Shown in pieces: positions 1-13,166 of a stretch of DNA of 64,000 nt (position 1 is the stretch's first letter; each line of letters opens with the position of its first letter). The position numbers and the translations under genes were made by a program. The notes under the pieces were generated by a model, which saw nothing but the letters and a program-made list of their open reading frames with translations, searched no databases and had not been told where the DNA came from. Location of the stretch: positions 84,878,001 to 84,942,000 of the forward strand of contig OX597822.1 in NCBI GenBank assembly GCA_951406725.2, written 5' to 3'. The stretch comes from Octopus vulgaris (Eukaryota).

Positions 1-725
1 AGTAACGAGGGAGTATTGAGAGCAGAGAAAAAAGGGAAAACAAAGGAAGATGTGCAAAAAGGACATGAGGAAGAATTACGCAAGAAGAGACTACACGATC
101 AATTCCATGCAACCACAACAGAAGTTGCTAGAAAAAATAGGTGGGATTGGCTGAAGAAAGGAATACTAAAAAAGGAGACCGAGATCACTATACTGGCAGC
201 GCAAGACCAAGCTTTGGCCACGAACTGCAGAGGCAAGAGAGAGGCAGGACGTGGTATGAGCACAAGCCTGTGGGATTTCCCAATCCAAACAGATCAGGTG
301 CTAGAGCATAAAAGACCGAACCTAGTGGTGGTCGACAAGATGCACCACATATGCTACCTAGTTGATGGTGCACGCCCCTTTGACCCACGAATAGACAAGA
401 AGGAAGGTGAAAATATAGATAAATATAAACGAAATAGCACGGCTATGGATAATGAAGATGAATATAGTTCCAATTATTGCTGGGTCCATGGGAACAGTAT
501 CAGACGGCATCAAGAGGAATATAAAGGAAACTGGAATAGAGTGCCCAGTAGAATTGTTACAAAAAGTTTGTCTCCTTGGCACGGCCAAAATAATCAGGAA
601 AGCATTAGGTAACGGAAAATAATGGATATTATTGTGCTGTAGGCTGCAGGTAGCAAAGAGACTGCTATGCATGCAAAACTCCAGGTGCGCCAACAAAAGC
701 TGTGATAAAGAGAAACAATAATAAT
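1..725 (+). mobile_element. R4/Dong-clade (RLE-type) non-LTR retrotransposon, decayed 3' fragment
   Basis: ORF 16-612 has WDWLKKGILKKETE..ILAAQDQAL, then (after a deletion) LWDFPIQTD..LEHKRPNLVVVDK..CYLVD, the restriction-like endonuclease motif; ends at an AATAATAAT tail. Confidence 0.85.
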
Positions 726-727
726 CC

Positions 728-920
728 TTTCTAGTATAAGCACAAGGCCTGAAATTCGGGGGAAGGGGATAGTCGATGACATCGACCCAGTACTTGACTG
801 GTACTTAATTTATCGACCCTGAAATAATGAAAGGCAAAGACAACTTCGGCGGAATTTGAACTCAGAACGTAAAGTTGCAATAAATACAGGCAGTGTACCA
901 AAAATTCGGCCAGCTTTCCG
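728..920 (-). mobile_element. tRNA-derived SINE, family A, diverged copy
   Basis: Reverse complement resembles the recurrent body GTTCTGAGTTCAAATTCCGCCGAGGTCGACTTTGCCTTTCATC...AAGTACCAG seen many times in the window. Confidence 0.8.
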
Positions 921-1091
921 CTTTCGAATAGAAACATCTAAAAATGAGTTGTAAAATAGGAACAAAGCCACAAATATGGAAGGATGGAACAGCGAGATAT
1001 CTGGGCCAAGTACTTGACTGGAAAGGGGAAAGTTATCACCTGTTTATCTACAAATATCAACTCGGTACAATGTATTGATTGTTCTTTACTA

Positions 1092-1158
<67 letters not shown>

Positions 1159-1273
1159 CACACACCACACACACACACACACACCACACACACACGTGTA
1201 GTTTGTGTGCATGCATGTATATATGTGCGTATGTATGTATGCTTTTGACTATGTATATGAATGTATATGTGTT

Positions 1274-1311
<38 letters not shown>

Positions 1312-1793
1312 AATTACACATATATATATTATATATGTGTGTGTGTGTGTTTGTGTAAGTGTGTGTCAGTGTGTATATGTGTGTTTACGCATAAACAGAA
1401 ACTTGAGAACCGACTTTTACACATATCCACGGACACTAAATTACAAGGCCCATTACAAAACATAATTCCACCGATTTCGACACACTTAGCAGAGATACAG
1501 GAATACAGAGACGGAAATAACAAACTAATTCAAACACACACGCACACACACACACGTGTGTGTGTGTAAACACGCGGCACTTTCTTCTTTTGTTGCCGTA
1601 CACTATGTTATGAGGTGACAGAAGTGATTTAAACTGTTGTTGCTCATGTCTGCTGTGGGGGTTCGCTTCACGGTCACTGCGTTTCCAGAAATAAAATTCA
1701 CAAGAACAAAAACAACATGAAAAAAATAGCAGCAAATATAAAAGATTAAATCAAAAACAAGAAAAAAACTTATAAAATAATGAAGCCAAAAAC

Positions 1794-1849
1794 TCCTCCT
1801 CCTCCTCCTCCTCCTCCTCCTCCTTCTCCTCCTCCTCATCGTCATCATC

Positions 1850-1904
<55 letters not shown>

Positions 1905-1946
1905 ACACTACTTCTATCGTCGTAGTCGTTGTAGTCGTCGTCGTGG

Positions 1947-2012
<66 letters not shown>
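1794..2012. repeat. Compound (CCT)n/(CAT)n/(CGT)n microsatellite
   Basis: Seen directly; gives spurious poly-P/H/D/M ORFs. Confidence 0.95.
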
Positions 2013-3180
2013 ACATCTTCATCTCTATTGCTATCGTATAGTAAAATCAGTAGCAGGGGAGGCAAAATGCTCTGCAGTATTCAGTTCCGATTGTTCACTC
2101 CTTGAGTTCAAATTCAGCCGAGCGCATTTTATTTTTTCCTTTTTTACGGTGCGGGACAGGGATTAAATAATAATAATAATAATAATAAAAAGTACCAGCC
2201 AAGTGCGGTCTTTCATGCTGGGTCAATCTATATAGTTATGTAAAATACATAGGATCACTAGTTATAGCCACGCAAATGTCGATTGGGAAAATGTAGGTTG
2301 TTCTTTACGGCTGTTTCTGGGTTCGGTGTTCAGTAGAAGCAGGAAAGTGAATTGTGTCTACATAAACATAACGCAGATTGATGCTAGTTATTATATATGT
2401 AGCAGCCCTCGTGTAAGTTGTGCAATCAGTTAGCCCATCGTCAGAAGGTTTAGCGGGAGCCTCTATGTGGTCCATAGGCATAGTGATCAAATTTCACTCA
2501 GTTTGTTTCCCGCCTTCTTAAAAATGGGGAAAACGACAGATGAATTGACAACAGCGATAACAGCATGCAGAAATGCTTCCATCTGGGAATCGAAACCGGA
2601 TGCCGACTTTACTCACTAAGTGCCCTAAATCTGTTTCTATACAAGAGAAGGAAATCAAGAAGTTAGAACGTTCATGCTTTCCCTAAAACTTTAGAGACAG
2701 AGGTGAAACTGTTTCAACAGGAAATCGAAATCGGGTCGCGGCCTTGGTTCATCGAAAACGAACTGCCTCACCAGCTAAATCCTGCCAACGTCTACTTATA
2801 AACTCACACATCAGGCGACAGATTTCGAGAAGTGGTCGGCAGATCTGTTTGTCGTTTGAGCTAAAGCTTGAAATTAAGCGTGGAGGTCAATTTATCCCAG
2901 AAGAATTGTAAAGTTGATTTTGGAAGCATCAGCGATATAAGAATAACAATAATCACAAACAGAGCAGTTAGAGAGAGAGAGGAAGAGGGAAGTGAGAGGG
3001 GGGAGGTAAGTTGTGAGGGAGAGAGAGGAAGAGAAGTGGAGTAAAATGGAAGAGAGAGGGGGACATAGAGAGATAGAGAGATTTGAACCAACGAAAGAAA
3101 AGTCTCGGGGATAATAATATAGAACCAGATAGAGATAGCTGATGTATCGTGTGTGTGATGTATATATATATATATGTATA

Positions 3181-3294
<114 letters not shown>

Positions 3295-3772
3295 TATATA
3301 TATATATGCATGTATTTATGTATGTACATACATACACAAAATTGTACATACTCTTGGTCTACCTATTTCACTCGCGACACGAACAATAAATAAATAGATA
3401 GACAGATAACTAAATAAATAAAGGAAGAAAGAAAGAAGGAAAGAAATCAAGATTAAAAGAAAGAAAGAGAAAAGGGCCGAATTCTTGAGTGAAAAAGCGG
3501 TGGGGGTAAACTACAGAATGAATTAGTACGAAAAAAGCCGTTCTTTCTGAAACGTGTTAGAAATAGAATTTTCATCTCTAAAATTATGTCTGATAATTAT
3601 AAGCATGTAGTAATGCAAACGGGAAGAGGTAATTGAATAAGAATAAAAATAAAGAGCTAAATGTAAAAGTGGAAACGTCGTATACATGTACATGCATGTA
3701 TGTATGTATGTATGTATGTATGTATGTATGTATGTATGTATGTATGTATGTATGTATGTATGTATGTATGTA

Positions 3773-3803
<31 letters not shown>

Positions 3804-3939
3804 ATGTATCTATCTATCTATCTATGGCACGTATGAATGACGAAGCCACCTTGACTATGATTCTATGAAACGTAAAAATTAATACAGAGAGTTGCTTATT
3901 TGCAAAAAAAAAAAAAAGAAATATAACATGTGACTTCAT

Positions 3940-4147
3940 TGACCGAGGTTACCGTGGTCTTTTCCGTAGGCTTTTCTTTCCACGGGTAAACCTCACCTGT
4001 CCTCCCCTTTACACTTCATATTGACATTTCTGTGATAACGATCCCTATTGATCAATTTTTTTTCCTCCCCCTTTTTTTTTTTTAACCCCCCCTTTTTTTG
4101 TCCTCTTTCTCTCCTTTTACGATCCCTTTTGATCGACCCCCCTTTTT

Positions 4148-4180
<33 letters not shown>

Positions 4181-4272
4181 ATTATTTTTTTTTTTTTTAA
4201 ACCTTCAAAAGAAAAGCTCTACCTTGTAATTTGTTCTATCTGTGTGCAGCCCTGTGTGGCTAATAAAGAAAC
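3940..4272 (+). mobile_element. L1/Tx1-like LINE 3' UTR end followed by (TATC)n
   Basis: Pyrimidine-rich UTR ending GCAGCCCTGTGTGGCTAATAAAGAAA; a similar terminus ends the Tx1-like ORF2 remnant at about 8340. Confidence 0.6.
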
Positions 4273-4304
4273 ATATCTATCTATCTATTTATCTATCTAT
4301 CTAT

Positions 4305-4421
4305 CTTTTCCCTCCGATCCCTTTTGATCGAAATTTTATTATTCTCTTATTTTTTCAAAAAGAAAAGCTCTGCATTGTATTTTGTGCCCTCTGTGTTCGG
4401 TCCTGTGCGGCTAATAAAGAA
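4305..4421 (+). mobile_element. Second L1/Tx1-like 3' end, fused to a SINE
   Basis: GATCCCTTTTGATCG...AAAAGAAAAGCTCT...GTCCTGTGCGGCTAATAAAGAAA, homologous to 4120-4272. Confidence 0.6.
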
Positions 4422-4570
4422 ATGCTTAGCGGTATTTCGTCTGCCGTTACGTTCTGAGTTCAAATTCCGCCGAGGTCGACTTTGCCTTTCATCCTTTCGG
4501 GGTCGATAAATTTGTCTGTCTTTGCTTGTCCCCTCTATGTTTAGCCCCTTGTGGGCAATAAAGAAATAAG
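4418..4570 (+). mobile_element. SINE family A, 5'-truncated, followed by (GATA)n
   Basis: GAAATGCTTAGCGGTATTTCGTCTGCCGTTACGTTCTGAGTTCAAATTCC (B-box-like) ... TTTAGCCCCTTGTGGGCAATAAAGAAA. Confidence 0.9.
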
Positions 4571-4594
4571 ATAGATAGATAGTTTGATATATAA

Positions 4595-4696
<102 letters not shown>

Positions 4697-5285
4697 GGGT
4701 AGATACTATGAAATATAGCGACCAAGTTTAGAAGACAGAGCAATAAAGGAATACAGATATATATATATATATAGAGAGAGAGAGAGGGGAGAGAGAGAGA
4801 TAAGGAAAGAAAGAAGATAAAAAAATGAAGGGAAAAAATGTTGTATGGGAAGGAAAAGAGGAAAATAAGAAGTGAAAGAATGAAAAGGGAAGACGTTGAG
4901 ACGCACAGACAGATAACGCCTCATCATTCGAGAAGAAAGAAAAAAAGAAAGATGAAGATATGAAAAGAAAATGGCGGCCAGACAGATAAAACAAACAAAA
5001 CGACTGATAGAAATTCAGTGAAGCGAGAGAAATCAATTATATTTCGGTTGGTTCCAGAGATTTGCTTCTACATTTTGGCGTTGAACCAGTCTTTAGAGAA
5101 GCCAGGAATTTGTTAGTTAAGCGTTTCTTGTCTCAGCCAAAGATGTTGAGAGTGTCTGCAACTTGTGTGGTAAGGTCTAGTAACGATCTTTTGGGAAAAA
5201 AACCATCTATCATCCTATGCTGTTTGCTTTTATGTATAAATTCTGTGTATATGTGTGTGTGTGTGTGTGTTGTGTTTGTATACAT

Positions 5286-5316
<31 letters not shown>

Positions 5317-5479
5317 CTCACCTTCCCCGACAGACTCGAAATCATATTTACAAACGTATATATGTATATGATGTGTCTGTGTAAATATGTGTGTGTTTGA
5401 ATATCTGCTCTCTCACACACACACACACACACACACGTATATATATATAAATATGTATGTATATCTGTGTGTCTCTGTG

Positions 5480-5532
<53 letters not shown>

Positions 5533-5554
5533 ATCTGTGTGTCTCAGTTGATGT

Positions 5555-5585
<31 letters not shown>

Positions 5586-5872
5586 TATATATACATACAT
5601 ACATACATACATACATACATACATACATACATACATACATACAAATTTGTAGTGCAATGTTGGATTCATAGAAACCTGAGGCAACGGGAGAAAGCTCCTC
5701 CTGTGGATCCGGCTATCATACAACATGGTAATCCAATACGGAAGACCTATAATGCACAGTTCTATGCAGCTGAGATCCAATCGATGATATTATTTCATGA
5801 GGGGCATATAAACCATAAATCGTCAGAAAGTTTGCGAAGTAGATATATTTATTCAACCACTTGTAATGCTTA

Positions 5873-6030
5873 GGATTACGGCTGTTTCGCAGCTTTCATC
5901 ATGTAATGATAATTACAGTCTATAATAAATTATGCTTACATGCCTGCACCAATATGCATACTATACATTATGCAGTACAATTATACATTTACAAATCAAT
6001 GCAGATATAAAAGGCTAACTCTTCAGATCA
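5873..6030 (-). ncRNA. Minimal hammerhead-ribozyme-like motif with a long stem II (Penelope-like remnant about 5840-6160)
   Basis: Minus strand: GAT-CTGAAGA-GTTAGC...~120 nt...GCTGC-GAAA-CAGCCG-TA-ATC; preceded by a decayed ACAGAAGCTATATTTCTT (TEAIFL) resembling the GIY-YIG C-terminus. Confidence 0.55.
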
Positions 6031-6189
6031 CTAGAACATCATGGTTACACCAATATCTGGTAATCGAAGTTTATCAAATGTGAAGAAATATAGCTTCTGT
6101 ATTATGAGCTGATTGTCTCTAATTCTATAAAATTAGTCATGTACGAAGCTGTGTATTAGTGTTGGAACGAGCAGATATAGTTATGAATA

Positions 6190-6291
<102 letters not shown>

Positions 6292-6401
6292 GTCTGTCTG
6301 CCTGCCTACCTACTTACCTACATAATACATACACAAACACACGTATATATAGGAAAAATTTCGCTGACTACTTGATAAATTCTTATAAAGATTTTAACAT
6401 A

Positions 6402-6433
<32 letters not shown>

Positions 6434-6468
6434 CATACATACATATATATATATATATACATACATAA

Positions 6469-6606
<138 letters not shown>

Positions 6607-6719
6607 GTTCTTATTTTATTGTAGTAGTAGTCGCACGGTTATTGTATACTAACCAGCAATATTATCGAAGCAAGATGCCCCTACTATTTTTGTGTTTGAA
6701 ACATATTTTGACCATTTCT

Positions 6720-6988
6720 CGCAGCCTGAAGGATCTTGTAGTGCATAGGGATCTATATGGCCTTTGGGGATCCCTATAAGATTTTGTTGTTAAAATTTAT
6801 CTGCAATAAAATGGTTTTATTTTTACAAAACACTAAATATTTTGAGAATTATTTTTTATACAATTCCTAATAATGTTTAGTTATAGAAATCTAACAGGAT
6901 TTCTTAAAGATAGAACAGCTACGAGGGTCCATCCGAATACGTTAGGTATCAGAGGGGTCCAAAGGGGGGAAATGGTTAAGAACCACTG
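6720..6988. mobile_element. hAT-type MITE remnant
   Basis: Ends GGTTAAGAACCACTG (hAT/Charlie-like TIR); internal similarity to the MITE at 32281-32970; left TIR degraded. Confidence 0.55.
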
Positions 6989-7374
6989 CTGCAGTGGCTC
7001 TCCTCGTTTCTAGTTTCTAGTGGATAGGTTTTCATTCTCGGTTCCTCTTCCAAAGCAGACATTTTTAATCCACCTCTGTCTTGCCCACGGTCATGGCTAT
7101 TGACCATATAAGGCATTCTCTTGCCAAACTATTAATATTACATTCAATTTTTAATGCAGTCTTTTATCATGTTCTATTATTGCTACACCGTCTTTTCCCT
7201 CACAGCTGTCTCTTATCTCAGCTTCTGCTTTATTTTTATTCGCCTCCCTGAAGACAGAAAACTGTTTTTGCTATATGAATATTTCTAGTTATTTCTAATA
7301 TTTCCTTGATATTTCTATTAGATAATTCTGAAATCTTACTGGTGGATATTTTGTAACTTATTTTTCAAACTTTT

Positions 7375-8342
7375 TCTGAGTTGCAGTCCACCCGCACCGG
7401 GAGTACTATGAAGCGCTCACAGCCCTTTACCTGTTGGCAAATGAGGTTGGTTGAAGTTCCACTTTGGTGTTCTATAGAGGGTTGGTGGTGAACAAGAGCT
7501 ACAACGTTCTCAGGGAGACTCTTGATGTCGACGAGAATCAACAGGCCAGTTGATTCTCGTCGACACCCAGAGTCCCCCCGAGAACTTTCGACTCGAGGTC
7601 TAGGCATAATATCCGGAAATGCCCTGGCAGTGCTACCGTGGGACATTGCTGGTTGAAGATAAACGCTACAGTTATGGGAGTGCCGTCAGCTGAGCCTGCT
7701 CAAAATGTGCGCAGGACGAGCAAACTGTTCTGCACCCCGTATTCGTCCTGTACCCGAATATTGTTGTTTTGTGGAACTGTATCGAACGCCGGGTGTCGCA
7801 TGTAGGACGGATCCAGCTATCGGCTAAGTCCATTGTGAAAATCGTCTCGTCACCTTCTTTTGGCCGGAAAGGACAAGCAGTTGTTATCTGTGTGATAAAG
7901 GTTGTGTGGTTCACAAAAGTGAAAGGGTTGAAGGCAGCAATTTAACCCTTTCACTAAGCCCTCAACTTTTACACTTAAAAAGGAAATTGAGGGTGGAGAG
8001 ACAAGTGATGCTTCTGCAAATTTGTTGAAAGGTGGGTGAACGTGGTAGGAATGATCCGAGAGAACAGATCTGTTCTTAGGATGTATTTGTAGAATGAGGG
8101 AGGAACATAGAAAAATGGAACTTGCTCTAGTGATCAGGATGAACATGGTTGTGTAGGATTTCCAAGAAAAACCCTTCGAAGGTTTCCAGCTTTCGAGGAA
8201 TTATTTATTGTATAAATTTCCTTGTCGCGTCAGTGTTTTGTTGAGCATCCGTCAACACGTACAAACGCGTTGGTTTCTTTTTCCTCTGGTACTAATGTAT
8301 GTTTCTCCTTGTGACATAATCCCGTCTGGTTAATAAAGAAAC
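7375..8342 (+). pseudogene. L1/Tx1-clade LINE ORF2 C-terminus plus 3' UTR, decayed
   Basis: Plus frame from about 7620 reads WQCYRGTLLVEDKRYSYG..*ACSKCAQDEQTVLH (zf-RVT-like Cys/His region), later LKRKLRVERQV and FVERWVNV; ends TAATAAAGAAA before (CAT)n. Confidence 0.75.
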
Positions 8343-8361
8343 AATTATCTTTATATTTATA

Positions 8362-8394
<33 letters not shown>

Positions 8395-8576
8395 GTTGTC
8401 CTCGTCGTCGTCGTCGTCGTCATTTATAGCATCATGACTTTAATTAACTTAATTAATTAAGCAGTTAACTAATTTATGATTACGGTTTTTGCGTTTCTAT
8501 CATTAGTTATAGCAGAATATAGTTGAGCTTGTACTTGATTTTATGCAATGTATTATGTAGGAATGTGTTAGTATAA

Positions 8577-8689
<113 letters not shown>

Positions 8690-8820
8690 CGTGCGTGTGT
8701 GTGCGTGTGTGTGTCTGTTTGTGCGTATTTAAATGTCTGTATGTAAGTTCAAATCAAATACTCATAATATAATGAACATATGTACTTATGTATATGTGCG
8801 CACACGTAAACATACACACA

Positions 8821-8879
<59 letters not shown>

Positions 8880-9206
8880 ACACACAAACAAACACACACA
8901 CACACAAACTCTGATTAAGTATGCTTCTGCGAAATTACGTATAAGATATATATTACAATTGGCACTTCTATTTTATTAGTCCTTTAAATGTTTGTCTGCT
9001 GATGAAAGGGGTTAGGGGCTCGAATTCAGACGCTGTTCTGGATCAGCGTGACTTAGTCCACAAACCTGAAAACTTGATACTATGGCACAATATTTTGAGA
9101 TAAATTATCCAGTCGCTTATTTCTTCATACAATTCTATTGACAAATTTTCAATAGTGAGATTTTTATAAGTCTTCAGATGGCGAGGTCTTTTGTCTTTAG
9201 TTTGCC

Positions 9207-9584
9207 TTTATGGCTTCCGCCTTAGCGAAGGCAGAGGTATTGTTTTCAGTCGTGTTTATTTGTTTGTCCGTGGACAATATATCTCAAGAACTGCTGGTTG
9301 GGTTCGGATGAAGCTTTCGGAGATATTTGACCACGTGACTGGTACGAACTGACTAGATTTTGGGATCGATCCGGTACCGGACAAGGATTCTGGATTATTT
9401 TTCCGTATTTTTTCTTTTTTACTTAATTTTTCAAAGCGGTCGAGTTCATTTTTAGTATTCTCATTTGTGAGAGCAGTCGAGTTTATTTCAGATATTCACT
9501 TTTCAAAAAATCCTCTCTGGTTAATCGTTGAGAGGATGTTGGTATTGCCTTGACGGAGATTTGCGCTTTCTGAGTGCTCTTGTT
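9207..9584 (+). mobile_element. Helentron-associated non-autonomous element (HINE/DINE-1-like)
   Basis: 5' subterminal CTTCCGCC followed by a GTTT-rich tract; 3' GACGGAG plus terminal hairpin GCGCTTTCTGAGTGC; T-rich flanks. Confidence 0.65.
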
Positions 9585-10289
9585 TCTTTTCTTCATACAA
9601 TTCTATTGACAAATTTTCAATAGTGAAATGTTTATAAGTCTTTAGGTGGTGCAGTTCTTTTGTCTTTAGTTTGTCATTATTTGTTTCATTTTATTTTAGT
9701 CATCTTTAAGTATTTCATTTGATATCTGAACTAATTCTTTTATAGCCATTTGTCCGTTCGTACAGAAGTGATTCTACTTTTCGTTTTATTTGTATCTGTA
9801 CACAAATGGTACAGTTACTTTCTGAACTTAAGACCTGATTTCATTATATTTCCATTCAGATATATTTCTTTGTTTTTCTGTTTTGTTTTTTTGACCAAAC
9901 ACCAAAATCTTAAATAATCTACGAGTCACAAAACAATAAACAGAACACAGAAAATTGGAAACGACGCCATTATCTCTGCCCATAATATAGCTAACATGCG
10001 AGATTTCAAATCTAACAATAAGGAAATAAGAGCCACGAGTTACCACAAACACACAGTAAATAATCATAATAAACACATTCTGACTTCAAAAAGTTCTGTT
10101 GAAATTCTTCCACTAAAACAAAGCTATAAGGTTGGCAGAATTCAACAAAACAATTATTAATCGTTTCAAAACGCCCACCGGAAGCGAATATAAAAAGTAC
10201 AACCGTAATTGCACAATAGAAATAATTAACAAGTTTAAAATATGAAAAGTGTAAACACATACACACTCACACATTACACATATATATAC

Positions 10290-10338
<49 letters not shown>

Positions 10339-10340
<2 letters not shown>

Positions 10341-10599
10341 GGGTGTTTAAAAAGTCTCTCCGCAGTAAGTATTTTATTGCAAAATAAATATTTCTAAGAT
10401 GGTATAAGACTACAAAAAGATATATTAGACTTTACAAAACTTTAAAAAACTTTATAAAAGATGTTGAAAGTTTCGTTCTTTATTTGCAATACATAAGTTG
10501 ACTCTTCTACACATGTTTTGAAATAATCATGGAGAGTGTGACTCTTGGAGAGTCGAGATGAAAAAAAATTCACTTCAGAGAGACGTTTTGAACACCCTA
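10339..10599. mobile_element. Tc1/mariner-type MITE
   Basis: TIRs CAGGGTGTTTAAAAAGTCTCTC / GAGAGACGTTTTGAACACCCT; within dinucleotide repeats. Confidence 0.75.
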
Positions 10600-10683
10600 T
10601 ATATATATATGTATATATATATATATGAGAAATTAAAAAAGGAAAATACGTACACTTACATAATTTTAATATAATTTTTACTA

Positions 10684-10718
10684 CATCGACCGGTTTCGCT
10701 TATCGCTATTCATGATAC
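10684..10718 (-). ncRNA. Degenerate minimal hammerhead motif
   Basis: ATC-ATGAATA-GC gataa GC-GAAA-CCGG-TC-GAT; palindromic ACCGGT stem III; two core mismatches. Confidence 0.35.
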
Positions 10719-11035
10719 TATGTTTTACTTATTTGAATATATATTTTTTCTTAAGAAGAAATTGTGTCCATGTTGTGTGTGATGAAATTCACGAGTGAAT
10801 GACTTCACAAGTAGATAAATAAAGGGAGGTAATTGGTTGTCGTTATTATTGTTATTGTTGTGGGTAAGAGTTAACTGGAATTTTTAATTTATATATATAT
10901 ATATATATAAGTATTAATTTGAAAGAGATAAATTCCAAGGTATTGATAATACTCCTCATCAAACCCGACACATATCTAAACACAGAGGGCATATACAAGC
11001 CATTATAAGCATGCGAATACATTACATACAAAAAC

Positions 11036-11106
<71 letters not shown>

Positions 11107-11219
11107 ATAGTGTAATTCTGTGCCCAAGCTGATGAGATAACAGTTCACAATAATCCAAAAGGGAAGTCGTCAAATGAATCCAATAAATAGAAAGAATCTT
11201 TCATCTCATTACCTATACA

Positions 11220-11291
<72 letters not shown>

Positions 11292-11386
11292 TTAATCCAA
11301 ACGGGAAAACAGAAAAAACAACAACACGTGGAACAATTACAGTATTATTATTATTAGGCGCTCAGGAAAATGGAAGAAGGAGGGTA

Positions 11387-11416
11387 TGACGTTTCGAGCG
11401 GAGCTCTTCGTCGGAA
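11387..11416 (-). ncRNA. Minimal hammerhead motif in a Penelope-like remnant (11290-11490)
   Basis: CCGACGA-A-GAGC tcc GCTC-GAAA-CG-TC; the same family recurs at 15242. Confidence 0.65.
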
Positions 11417-11597
11417 ACATAGGAGAAAGAAAGATCCCGAGACGGGAGGACAGAGGAAAAAATTGCAGGTAGTCTTCACGAGGTCACATACTAAAAAGAC
11501 GGAAGTGTTAAAAAGAGAGGAAAATGTTTTTTTAAAAACAGGAGAGCTGAATATATTGACAGGTAGGATTTAGCTTAACGATCAGCAATGGAGTGAT

Positions 11598-11641
11598 CAC
11601 TATTGATGAGCTTTAATTCCAAGCGAAACTAGTTTACTAGT
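11598..11641 (+). ncRNA. Minimal hammerhead motif
   Basis: ACTA-TTGATGA-GCTT taattcc AAGC-GAAA-CTAGTTTACTAGT; palindromic AACTAGTT stem III. Confidence 0.55.
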
Positions 11642-12176
11642 ATGGTGACCTCGCTCGTTGTGGAGCTCTTATTTCTCCTGTCAGTACATAAACAACATGC
11701 TTATTGTGGCGATAATGGTGTTTGACTCTTATTTATAGCAATGAAGGTGCTATTCTGTGCCCTCAGTCACTATTAATGACAATCGAATTTTTCGTTTTTG
11801 GTTATATATTGCATCTAGCCATCTGTACAAGGGTAAAAATTATTAAAAATAATAAACTATATCAGTGGTTAGCATGCGCAAAAAAAGTCAGAAGATATAA
11901 ATATTTTCATAATATACATGAGTGTATAAAAACTTATACACGGAGAGAAGACCCCTATGCGGACTTCTTACATGCTAAAGAGGACAGTCAGATCCCAAAT
12001 CACGAAAAAACATTCTTATTTATGGCACATTGATTGTAAGCGAGCAGGACACCTAAAAAATTAAAAATTTCAGTTAACTCTATACCCCGGAGTTTTACCA
12101 TTAATGATCAAATAAATCAATTGATTAATTAATTAATTGAATTAACCATCCGTGGCTCGTCAGTAGAGACACTGGA

Positions 12177-12232
<56 letters not shown>

Positions 12233-12330
12233 CGGGAAGCTTTATGAAAATAGACAAAAGACGAAGGCAGGTGGAAAACAAACAAACAATTGTATTAGTA
12301 TGGCGCTCAGGAAATATAAATAAAACAAGT

Positions 12331-12366
12331 CTTTAACGTTTCGAGCCTACGCTCTTCAACAGAAAG
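12331..12366 (-). ncRNA. Minimal hammerhead motif in a Penelope-like remnant (12230-12760)
   Basis: CTTT-CTGTTGA-A-GAGC gtag GCTC-GAAA-CGTTAAAG. Confidence 0.6.
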
Positions 12367-13064
12367 ATACACAGAGAGAAAAAAAACACAGAAAGAAGGA
12401 GAGAAAAAAATGCGTGCAGTAACTAACGAATCAACATGGCGATCTGATTTCGGCCAGAGGTCAAAGATCAAACATGAGACGCGAGAGCGAAATAAGGGGA
12501 GATAATAGGGTTGATAATAGGGTTGAATGACCCTAGGATGGGTCTGGACAGGCGTATGTATGGGGTTGGTGTATGTATTAGTATGTATTAGTATGTATTA
12601 GTACGTATTAGTATGTATAAGTGTGTGTGTGTGTGTATGAGAGAGTATAAGTGCGTATGAGGGGTCTGGACGTGTGTATGTATAGGGTTGGTGTATGTAT
12701 TAGTATGTATTAGTACGTATTAGTATGTATTAGTTGGTGTATGTATTAGTATGGCACATCATATATGATGTGATGTGTAAAGTCGTGTGGTGTAGTGAGG
12801 AGAAGAGGGGGGAGAAGAGGGGGGAGAAGGGGAGGGGAAGAAGAGAGGGGGGAAGAGAAGAGGAGGGGGTGCGAGGAGGGGGAGAAGGAAGGGGAGGAGG
12901 AGGGGGAGGAAGGAGGAAAGAGGGGGAGGGAGGGAGAGAAGGGGAGTGAGGGAGCAGAGGGAAGAGGGAAGGAGGGAGGGAGAAAGAGGGAAGAAGGGAA
13001 GGGGAGTAGGGGTGAAAGGATGAAGGACTGAAGAAGTAGGGGTCGGGGGGAAGGATAGGTGAGG

Positions 13065-13127
<63 letters not shown>

Positions 13128-13166
13128 TAAAAAATGGAGTTAACGCAGGTTTAAACAAGTATTTTT

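Noticed and set aside
2572-2785. Two tRNA-like fragments on the minus strand (GGTTTCGATTCC / GATTTCGATTTCC)
   Set aside because: No complete cloverleaf; most likely decayed SINE heads, not tRNA genes.
7365-8146. Minus-strand ORFs 7365-7646, 7672-7914 and 7850-8146 as host genes
   Set aside because: They are antisense shadows of the plus-strand Tx1-like ORF2 remnant.
11126-11150. CTGATGAGATAAC hammerhead-like start
   Set aside because: No stem II-GAAA continuation.
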